Shown here one piece after another: positions 38,468 through 50,100 of a DNA stretch of 64,000 nucleotides (positions are counted from its first letter, which is position 1; the number at the start of each line of letters is the position of its first letter). Origin of the DNA: Saccostrea cucullata (taxonomy: Eukaryota); contig NW_026928348.1 in the NCBI RefSeq assembly GCF_032062105.1, forward strand, positions 124,001 to 188,000, written 5' to 3'. The translations under genes were made by a program, and so were the position numbers. The notes beneath the pieces are model-generated. The model did not search any database and was not told where the DNA came from. It saw only the letters and a list, made by a program, of their open reading frames with translations.

Positions 38468-39160
38468 ATGAATGAAACATGTGAGAAAGGTTTAATCATA
38501 ATATATGCTGTTTTGAAATGGCTTCTGGATGTAGTGGATTTAGGGATGGATTGGGACTTTTACATTGAAGTACAACACACAGATCAAGAAAGTATTACAC
38601 GTGCAGTAAAATTAAAACGAGCAATCCTCGGCTTTGCAATCATCGGTACCTTAATGTTCACCGCAACTTTACTTTTATTTTGCATAAAAATTTGCATAGA
38701 GAAACGACACGGAGAAAACAAATCCTATGACGATGTCAAGAAAGCTATTTCGGTCTTTTCTTTTTTGTGTACCTGGATTGAGGATCTTCCTCAAATAATT
38801 CTAGCTGTAATTGTGGCAGTAAAATCAACCGAGCTGATCTCCGATATTCAGCTGGTCAAGGCCTGGTATGCCTTAGTGGAAGCATCATTGCAAGCTACTA
38901 TAACACTAATAGAACTCAAACTGTGTTGCGTGAACAAGCCAGAAATCTGGAAACGGGTGTTGTTAATCTTGGAGCTGATTGGCATCACCTTCATCTTTCT
39001 GCTCTGTGCGTTTTTGCTGATTGAACTTTACCAAGATAACTTTAAAGAGATTTATCCCCTGGAAAATGCTGCCATGAATTTCACTAGCAACGCCACAACT
39101 TGGAGCACTCCAATAATTTCTACCCAGCTTACGACATTGGACATTTCTACCAAACAATGA
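38468..39160 (+). CDS. Small multi-pass membrane protein with XK-like motifs, paralogue 3 (230 aa)
   Basis: ATG at 38468 (MNETCEKG) aligns with the paralogue 2 start; LDVVDLGMDWDFY and WIEDLPQIILAV. The ORF-track extension to 38426 runs into a splice acceptor. Confidence 0.88.
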   Translation: MNETCEKGLIIIYAVLKWLLDVVDLGMDWDFYIEVQHTDQESITRAVKLKRAILGFAIIGTLMFTATLLLFCIKICIEKRHGENKSYDDVKKAISVFSFLCTWIEDLPQIILAVIVAVKSTELISDIQLVKAWYALVEASLQATITLIELKLCCVNKPEIWKRVLLILELIGITFIFLLCAFLLIELYQDNFKEIYPLENAAMNFTSNATTWSTPIISTQLTTLDISTKQ

Positions 39161-39559
39161 CATCATTCCCAAATCAGGCTCTTTCCAGATGTTGTGTACT
39201 TTCCAGACAGTACACTGTGTACTCCTTTATACAATACTTTTGTTCAAACAACGTATTCAAAGTGTACAAATATATGTAAATATTCAAATCAAACCGATTT
39301 CCGTTAGTAACTTAAGATTTATTGAACGTTCATTCTATGATAATTATATTTTCTTTTAATTTTCGGACATAATTGACTGTATATGGTAAGTTGAGAATTA
39401 AAAACATAGGTAATCAAAGATTACGAAGCTCACTTTAACGAATGTTATCAGTTTAAGTAATGCAAATCTCACATCATATTTTATTAACAGTTAGTATTTA
39501 TTCTGACAACAATATTCAAGCAAGTTCTGTTTAAATAGGTCTTAAAGTTCACTGGGATT

Positions 39560-40060
39560 GATCTGTTCAAAAAATTTTAACCTGGTTATTCGTTTGGAAT
39601 ATGTAAATCACATTCAGCATCCGAAGCAAGTTTCAATTGTTCATCCTTGGATGCATCATCCATGCAAGTTTGATCCCTGTGGGGCTTATAGCTACTTGGG
39701 AATAACCTTGTCACTAATCTGGAAAATGTAGGTCAGATCCAGCATCCAAAGTAAGTCTGGTAGTGTCTCACCCTAGATGCATCATCCATGCAAGTTTGGT
39801 ATGCATAGGGCCTATAGTTACTTGGGAATGGACCTGCTCCAAAAACTTGAACCTGATCACTCATCTGGAAAATGTAGGTCAGATCCAGCATCCGAAGCAA
39901 GTTTGGTAGTGTCCATCCCTAGATGCATCCTCCATGCAAGTTTGGTCCGGATAGGGCTTATAGTTACTTGGGAATTGACTTGCTCCTAAAAAACTTTAAC
40001 CGGGACGCCGACGCTAACGCCGACGCCGAGAGTATAGACTTCGTCGAGGTGAGCTAAAAA
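39560..40060 (+). repeat. Helentron/HINE-like element with ~125-bp tandem units
   Basis: About three units containing gatgcatcatccatgcaagtttg, then (gacgcc)n and a ...ggtgagctaaaaa end. Absent from the unit A flank. Confidence 0.65.
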
Positions 40061-41131
40061 ACATGTATGTTTCATATGTATATAAATCACATCTGCATTC
40101 AGGGGTATATATCACTTGAAAGTTCATGTTACTCGGAAACTTATGTTCATTTGGAAACATTTAATGTTGTTCCTTACCATAGACATGGTTTTTCAATAAA
40201 GTGATTACAGACTAAGTCTACTATATCCTTTGTTTCAGATGTTGTTCACACACATTCTGTGTTTCATAAGTAAATTGTGTTTTCTTTTGTAAGAACGTAA
40301 TACACGTATATGAGACTTCTTCGGAGATATTTTTCTCAAAATTTTACCCCAGACTTGTAACATAAGTTTAAGAAGTATTTTATTCAAAATATACAAAGAA
40401 GTATACAATATGAATATGGATTGAACAGACTTATAACATTAAAGGTGATTTATAAGGCAGATACCATCTGCTAGAAGATAATCTTACAAATTGGACAGCA
40501 TCTTGGTAGTATCTACGCAGTAGGAAGAATAAGGAAAAAACTCAATTTTCCACTGTTTAATAATATTAAACATTTAAAATAATAAGTTAAAACATTAAAT
40601 AATGATTATAGTATAGATCTATAGAATATAAAAATAAAATACTTCAGAAAAAAAATACAAAGTTAAAAAAGTATTTGATGACAGGCTCTTAACTGAAGTA
40701 AATTTTCAGATTTTTTCACATAAGTAAAAATAATGGTACTTCAAAAATACCATTCTGTATTGCACAAACTTGAATTGATTAGAAAAGTAAACTATCAAAA
40801 AATGGACGGATCACATGATTAATAGCCTAATCATGTATAAACAATTATAGCAGTTGAATATGATAGGAGAGTTTAAAAGAAAAATACTAGAATTGCACAT
40901 TTGTAAATTGTACATATAAACATTACAAATCTTCTAATGTTTAAAAGTCATACGTATATGACAAGCTGTTGTGTTTCCTGTAAAATCTGTGCCCAGCTAC
41001 TGTACGATTTTTTAAAGCAACTGTAGCTTTAAAACACAGTGAGAAGCAAGAGTAGAGTTTTAATTAAAATAGAACAGTGATATCATAGTCTGATATGGTC
41101 AAAATGGAAAAAAGCTAATATTTAATAAAGT

Positions 41132-44100
41132 TTATATTCTTTTTCCTATGTAAGAACATCGCTTGGCTCCGATTCCACTTGAACAATGCATACACAACTT
41201 TCCAGGACACCCCATGAAATCGGCTATTTTGCCATTTTCGTCTTTTCGGATTGCCATATCACAAAGGCGACATTTACCTAGCAATTTACTTTGACCTTGG
41301 GAATGTCGTAAGCAGAGATACGCCTCCGAAACTTTGTGTCCAAAAACATGAGTGCCACAAATGACGCATGCGTCTTTATTTAGCGGAAAGTGTTTTGCTT
41401 TGAATCCTCTGTAGGCATTGGAACATCCTCGACATAGAACTACTGGCATCGTGACCTTTAACACCGGATCTGCTATTTGCATACAGCGTGCCGACTATCG
41501 GTCAGAAAATAAAATTTTAATTATAGAATTTGAGATTCCTGCTTTTAAAACATGAATTATATCACATTCAAATCTTTTAAAACAAAAGGTCAAATTATTA
41601 CATCGATCATTTTGGTCACAATACTATGACGAATTTAAATATTATAATATTTATGATATAAGAAATCCCTTCTTGAGTTCTACAACTATTTCAGTGGTGT
41701 ATATTGTTTAGATAGGTTTCTTTTTCTATCAAACAGTAGCGACTATAATTTAGTTACTTTTCCAAGTCAAAATTAGAAACCTCTGACTCTGAGGAAATAA
41801 GACTTTTCCATCGAAATGAGAAAGCTAGAGTGTCTAAATATATTTTTTGTTCAGCTTTAATTATCATTTTCGATTACATCACCCTTTTGGGACAAAGTAG
41901 TCACTACGAGACATCGGTAAAATAAGTCAGAAAAGCTCACTTAAGTCTATATCTTAAGTATGCTGAGAAAGCTTGATGGAATCAATTTAAAAATATTAAA
42001 CCATAATTATAAGAAATCGCCTTTTCTTTAAACGTGTTATTTTTTAGGTATATTTTTCAGTAAAAGAAAAAAAACGAAAATCTCACCTGTAAATACATAC
42101 TTCTCATGTAGTCACCTAACATCGCAGCACTCTCTGAATGGTGGATGAAATCAACCAATCTATCAATGAACATGTTCTCTTAATATTCTTGCTCCTATAT
42201 ATTCATATACATGTACTAATAAAACAAGTCACTCAATAAATTAATTAGAAGAGCAATAGACAAAACATACTTATCATATAATTCTGCACGTTGACAATGA
42301 AATGGCACCTTCAGTCTTTTAACGACATTATTGGCACACCAGGACATGAGATAATCAACTATGACAGTATGGTACATGATCTGTGCCTTTTTATCATTCA
42401 GATACAGTTTTTCTATGTTCTAAAAAAAGAAGTATTTTAAACTTCAGAATACATGTAAATCATGCTTGGTTCCTTTTGAAAAACATAATTGAAAATTTCT
42501 TCAGCTTATCTACCTCATAAAATGCCCCATGAATGAATCTAATGTTCCTGTCCACACCGGCCATGTATGTGAAAGGCTTGAGAGCTCTACGTATTTTAGA
42601 CCAATACAACGCAGGAATTGGTTCTTGTATATCCATATCCCCAAGAATATTCTGCATGTCGATTTCAGGCAACCCCTGCGTTAAGGCTAGAATACTCAAT
42701 GCCTAAAAGATGTGAAAGGTATAATATTATCCATCACAGTGGTATAATACATAATCATATTATCATATGTATTATATTATCCACAGTATCATATTCTTCA
42801 TCGAGGTATTATTATACATCGCGCGAATAACAGAATTCTATAAAGCCTTCACATTTCAGGCATCTTTTAAATAGATTTTACCTATAAATAATAGCATGCA
42901 ACTTTATTTCAAATATGCTCTTTCTAACACGGCACAAAACATACTTAAAATTTTGAGGAAATATTGAAACAGACAACCAAACAACAAGCTGAACCAACAT
43001 GCAAAAGGACTACCAAACAAACAGTTTTAACCTAACAGAGATTAAAAATAATCGATTCAACAAAACAAAGTATTAGTATAAGACCTTTTCCATTTTCCCA
43101 CTATCGTCATTTGCGACTAGATCTCTAAGAATACCCTCAAGAAGTCCATCCACAGAGTCAGATAGTGACTGTATGTGCTGATTCAGGGTTCGGAAATCTC
43201 CAAATGTCCTCAACTGTTCTGCTAGAAGGGTCAGCCAAAGTGGATTTAATGAGCTGGGTTTAGACAAAATTATATCCATTTGATCGTTGTCAAGTTTCTG
43301 CGGAGAAAAATGAAGAGCATACATTAATTTTGTGTTGATGATGTGTAAATACTAGTATTTGAAATAATTTAAAGTTATTAACGACGTACAAAAAAATCTT
43401 GTGTCTCTAACAAGCCAAGAATCTATTTAAGTTTTTCTTTTTCTCCAAAACTCTGTTCATAGATGATACAAAATTTCTATTTAATTTTAAGTATTCATAT
43501 ATGTAGCTAATTAATAAAAGATCGCATAAATCAAAGCTTACCTTATTAAACATGATAAGATATTGAGCGATGATTTCTTTGGCTTCTGATTTTTTCAACT
43601 GAGGAATATTTATGAGGAAACATGTGTGTTCCTTCAATCGATGGAGTGTGGGTAAGTGATCACTGGATGTAGAAACAATGGCTCGAACATTACCGGGAAA
43701 ACGAGGAGGCAACCAACTTAAATGTTTGTACTGGTCTCGATCTGCTAACTTTATAAATATGAAAAGTCAAAAAAAAATTAGTTTCACTGCTTCTTTTAAA
43801 ATATAAAATGCGATACTTAAAATCAGATTTCTTGCGAGGAAAAACAATTGTTGATTACTTGAACAGGAAGAATAAAACTCACTGTGTATTTGCAATTTGA
43901 TTTTAGACTACATAATGCAATTGAAAATCATATTAATTCAAATACAGACATGATTACCCACTTCGTTCATACCATCCAAAACAATCAATATTTGATTTTC
44001 TTTTTGTCGCAGTTTCGCAAACTCTTCTTTAATTACTTTCATACAGAACTCTGTAACATCACTGGTGTCCTCTGGAATATCTTTATTTAAAAGAAAGGTT

Positions 44101-47100
44101 TAAATCATTTCTCAGCTTTTAAAATACAGCAAAACATTTGGGGGGGGGGGGGGGCAAAATGATTATCGTATTTCTTTTCAACTGCTGTACATAGTTCAAT
44201 GACAAAGAAATTATTAAATATTAAGATCAATTGTAAGAGAATCCGTTAAATGCAGTCTGAGAAAAAAAAAATCAGATAATATCATTGTTAATACCTATTT
44301 GTTCTCCTTTGAGGAATTCTGCCAATCGCTTCAGTAAAATATTTTTCTGAACACTATTTTCAGAAATACCAACAAAATGGTAAAATACTTTCAATCCCAC
44401 CTACAAATTAAAGAGAATGAAATAATGTTACATGCATGTACCCATTATTTTCACAATTTTTAGCTACCAACGAAATTGTATACCTATATCTCTGGATTTT
44501 AAACTAAGTCCTTGAATTTAACTCAATCAAATATAATAATATAAATATAAACTGTTGTATATGTAAGCATCTGCTCTAATTAAGTCACAATATTGTGCAA
44601 AATTAAAATAATGATAATGCGAATATAATCTTTCAGAATATCCAGTCACTGTTCCTGTATATATTGTCATTTATTGACATCCAATGATATGTAAACATGT
44701 AGGTAGCTTACACACTTTTAAATCCGGTTATCATGCTTATTTATTCTTATGTAAACATCTCACTTTTTATAGGTAAATGTACTATATATGCACATGCATT
44801 GGAAATAATTAATTTATCGTAATTCTATATTTTCTAAATAAATACTCGGGCCCGAGATGATGCGCTTATGATTTTTGATCGGGATCGAGATTCATAAAGG
44901 AAGTTGTTTACACAGAAGGGTGCAAATGTGAGTACTCAGAGAAGTCAAGATTTTCTTTCTTTACCATGTTTACAGGGAGAAACATTTTTTGTCAGTACCA
45001 AGTTATTACTGTATTCTGGGATCTTAACCAAATTTTATTGCTTGTTCATTAGAGTGAATGTTATAATTTAAAAAAAAGAGTGCTCAATAATACATTGTGA
45101 TTAATATAATCACTATAGTTGACTATGCAATAACTACATCAGTTTCATGTGTTTATTATCCCATATCTTATTATGATATCTATATAACTGTCCATTCATG
45201 ACATTTTCCTATAGAAAATGTCCAATTGTGTTAGGGTATCGTCTGAAAATACAAAAAATAAAACTATATTCTGTACATTTTCTTAAAAAAAAAAAACCAA
45301 CAACTTTTTTTTGCAAACTTGATGTTTCTTATTTATGTGTTTACATATGCCCTGATGTGTAAACCATTCTCTATATTTCAGAAGACAAACAACATATTCT
45401 AAAAGATGGACAAGTCATGCAGAAATTCTTTCATCATCCTATATGCTGTTGTAAGATGGCTACTGGAAGTAGTAGATTTAGGGCTGGATTGGGACTTTTA
45501 CATAGAATTGCAACATACAGATCAACAAAGCATCATCCAGGCAGTAAAGCTTCAGTGGGCAATCCTGGGATTTGCAATCTTTGGTACTGTTATGTTCTTT
45601 TCCACTTTAATTGTATTTTGTATAAAAATTTACAAAAAGAGAAAGCAAGAAAACTTGAGCAAATCCTATGAAGATGTCAAGAATGCTATTTCCGTCTTCT
45701 CTTTCATCTGTACCTGGTTTGAAGATCTTCCTCAAATAGTCCTAGCTGTAATTGTGGCAGTGAAATCAACTGATCTGATTGCCTACATACAGTTGGTGAA
45801 AGCCTGGTATGCCTTAGCGGAAGGATCATTGATAGCTATTATAATATTCATAGAACTTCGATTGTGTTGCGCTAATAAGCCTAACCATTGGAAGCGAGTG
45901 CTGTTGATTTGTGAGCTTATTGGTATCACTCTGATCCTTCTGGGCAGTATATTTTTGCAAACAGAGCTTTACCAAGACAATTTTAAAGACATTTATCAAA
46001 TGGAAAATGCAGTCATGAATTTGACTAGCAATGCCACAACTTGGAGCACTTTAGTTACTTCAGTATGATGTCTTTGTATATAATCATTAACACTGAACAA
46101 GTGAAGGGATTTATTTTCAAATTAAACTGTTCCCTGAGCATAGGATTTTTCTGTGATAATTTTTTTCATATCACATAAAAGGGATACATGTGTATATTAT
46201 AAGTCCCTGCATATGCAAATTGTACATATCTTATTATTCACAAAGTTTAAATTTGCGTGAGGGTGTCTATGGTTTTGTTTAATTTATACTTAATGGTATA
46301 TATCATGTATATACACTACAGTTACTTTATATTTTGTATATAGTAAGTTCTGACTTTTTTGGTCAACACTCAGCACTTTCAAATGACTATGAATCAATGA
46401 ATCACATCAGCAAGCAGGTGCATATTGTGTTAAAAAAGATCAAATAACACATATGACTACCGTCATGAGAAAAGGGCCCTTATCTTCTGACGTCACAATG
46501 CTCATAAAACGACGTCAAAGTCGCGGTATTGAAAACACGGAAGTAAATGTTGTCGAATACGTTTCGTACACAAGAAATAAAACTGGATTTCAAAGTGTTA
46601 TAAAAATTCTATATGTATTTGATACGGACATTTTTTAAATATATAATATTATTATAATTTTTTTACTATTTAGTACGTGAATTCACTGATTCATAATTCT
46701 ATTTAATTAAGTATCTAACTTGATGTTGATATACGCGACATTGGACATGCACATTGCTAGGAACAGCCATAAAAAACAGTGTATATGCCTGACTAATTTA
46801 AAGATGCTGCTTATTTGGGTTTTTTTTTTTTTTTTTAGCAATTTACATATACATGCTTAAATCTGATTCATTGTAAGAAGTTTTAATATAAAAAGGTGTA
46901 TTCCATTTTGCACATGTATACTTTTTTTCAGAGAGAGCGAGCGGAAGATCTTACTTACATAGTATTACCCTTTATAAACGCTACTTCTTGCTGTAAAATT
47001 TATACCATAATTTAAAATGTTAATTCATTTTAATTTTAATCCATAGTTAATCATACTGATGTACCCCGATTGCCAGACCACATGAACTGTCGATTTTCAT

Positions 47101-50100
47101 TTATGTGTTTGTGTGTGTATGGGGGGGGGGGGATAAGTAGCCAGGCCAAAAAAAAAAATCTCCGAATACCGGTAAAAAGACAACCGTTTAAAACATAACT
47201 CCTCTTTGATTGGATATAGATACTTGTAACTTGAGAGATTAAAACCTTCTACAACAGCAACAAATAATTCTATACTAAATTAAAAGTGAGAGAATATGCT
47301 AAGGATATGCTAATATTCTAAGGAGAGAAAAAAAATACGGAGGGTGGGGATGCCATAACAACTTTGCTAAAAATAATTTTTTTTTCAAAAACTAATTTAA
47401 AATGATCAAATACATGTAAATACACGGTAAAAGTTGCTAAATTGTTTCAATTTTCATAATTTTTTCCGGTAAATGGAATCTCACTCGAAACTGAACTGCA
47501 ATATGTTTCAGAATTAAATACAGCTATCGTAGAGTTTTCCCTAAAGCAAATATACTCAATGTTAAAGAAATTAACAATGTTACATCGACAGTGATATTAT
47601 AAATGAGAATATTTATAAACCAGAAGAAAAATAAAACAATATAGATTAAGCGAAAAACAAGTGATTCTGGATGTAATTTCCGAAAGTTGTGAAAACGTTT
47701 AAATCGTGAGCCACATTAACATCAAACCTTAGACAACAAATTAATGAATTCTGAATTTTAGAAAGATAAAAAAATAAAATTAATGTAAGCATTGGTGATG
47801 TTAAATGCGGAAAAAAGAGGTTCGTGTAAAACTTTCATGAATGTAAAATATATTTTACTGACTATTGTAATAATGATATGAAATTTAAGCACATTTTTTA
47901 ATGAAATCTTGGACGTTGAGTCTCAACTCTGATACATTTACCAAAATACTCCGCATATAACGAGATTAATTTCTTCCGTTGTAATCAAAATACTTAAGTC
48001 TATTTCATAATCTTAATATGGCTTTAAAGAAAGGAAATAATAAACAAACACAAATATTCTTGCTGTTAAAGAAAAATATTGTCTATTACATGTATATATA
48101 GTCGCTCGCAAGTACCAGGGGTAGGGGGTACATTGAAAGTCCAGTTGCCCCCCCCCCCCCCACATTTATTGCTGCAGAATACTCAAATTCGCGCACTACA
48201 GGACAAGACAATAAAGAGTCTGAAACTACCCCCCCAATGGAATTTTCGAGTTTAGACAGCCAAACCCCCATTTTTAGTTACAATTTTAGAGGGAAATTGA
48301 TTTTTTTTCCTGACTTTCCCTTGCTGTGTGGGGACAGCTAGGCGGAAAAAAAAACAAGTGGTGTTTTTTTTTTATTCAATTTCGAAATATCGAGAAAGTA
48401 GTATGTTTTGAAATAATAACTAAGAAGTATTAATTTGCCTAAATATTTAAGAGAAGGGTGTAAAATTAGAGTGGTAGATTAATACTTAACCGCACCGCCT
48501 CGTACAAAAACCATAAACGTGTGTTGGACGTAATATTTTATTATAAGTTAATGCAATCTCATTGAAATGTGAAAACCCCAGGTGTCAGGTTAGCCGATGT
48601 CACGGAGGAAGATGAATAGATGACCTTTTATGGCCGTTGACCCCCCCCCCCCCCCCCTCCAAAAAATACGTAAAAATATCTTCATTCAGGTTCAGTTTCG
48701 AATCGATTTCGTCAAACTTGTAATGGGATTGTAATTTTGCACAAAAACGTTAAACATCGTTTAGTGTGCATATATTAAAAAAAGACAAGAACGAACAGAT
48801 AACCATCTCTTTGGTGACATTATACAAAATACATGTACATCTTTTTTTTTTATCCAAGTAGCGTTCCTTGTAAGAAATATACATGTGTTATGTTCAAGTG
48901 AAACAGGGCACAGAAAATCAAAACAAGAAAGTGAAATGTGAAGAAATATTTTTAACCGATTTTAATTGTGATTTACTGAAAAAGAAAGAGGTTAAAAGAA
49001 GGATTCAATTTTATAGGTACAGTTTATAAACCATTTATAAGACAATCCTTTCACATTACTGTTTGCCTCTTTATTATGTTCCTACTTCATAACTAAAACA
49101 GGTGAGGAAAATGAATTATATAAATAATGGAAATTTGCTTTAAACATTTGAAAATATTCAAAAAGTAAAATACGCTTCATGCAAGTAGCGAACATATTTC
49201 TTTTAATTCAGAATTGTTATAAAGGAATAAACTTTTTTTACAAGTTTGCATGAAACTTTTTTTAAAACAAGTTTATATATCTTGGCGTATTAGAATTTAT
49301 TTCTCATTCTATTTTTTCGGCGATACAGAGAATACAGTTTTTTTTAATCCTATCGTAACAGTTAAAGAGAATTAAGTTACGTGCGTGTGTTTGTGAGTGA
49401 ATGCTGACTCATAACCGAAAATTATACTTAAAAAATATATCGGGATGGATGTGCTATTTTGCGAGGAGATGTCCCAAATCGTAACTAAGGGCCATTTCCG
49501 TACGAATGAGGATGTCCCGTTTTTGCCATTCGTAACTACTCGGCCATTTTCCGAGAAAGAGTAAATGACAAATACATCCATCAAACTTTGTGTTTGTGTT
49601 ACTTTTATATGGATGTGATATGCACAGGCACTTGTATCTGTAATATTTTTTTTACCCATAGTATAATAATAACACAGTGTTATTATTATACTATGGGTAA
49701 AAAAAATATTACAGATACAAGTGCCTGTGGTGATATGGTCTACATAAGGTTATAGATGTGTGCAAAAAACTAACTTCAGTGAACTTGTTAAATTAGTTAA
49801 ATTACACTGGAGAGCATAAAGAGAAATATTATTTATCGTTCACGGTCCAAATGGCCGAGTAGTTACGATTGCCGTTTTTGCGTGCGGTGTCCTTCTGATC
49901 TCTCTCTCTCTCTCTCTTAATGTTTAAATGTTACAAGTACTTTATATATTTTTTTTTTTTTTTATAAATTGAGCTACATTATTTAGAATAAAAAGATAAT
50001 TTGTGTGGGTTTAATTAAGTATTATTTTTCCTACTGGATACATTATAAACCGTTCTTAGATTTCTGTCTAGAGTCTATACCCACATCCCCCTTCACGTAA

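Larger units (their letters stand above)
24940..40650. repeat. Tandem segmental duplication: unit A ~24940-31650, unit B ~31720-40650, each ending in a membrane-protein gene
   Basis: Collinear shared blocks: atagttgagaaatt (25029/31809), tctgagaaaaagaaacaaaactcaagt (27661/36339), gcagttgacaaacat...ttgaatgacagtgatt (27933/36629), the CDS, and the 3' flanks (30630-31640 / 39160-40650). Confidence 0.85.
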
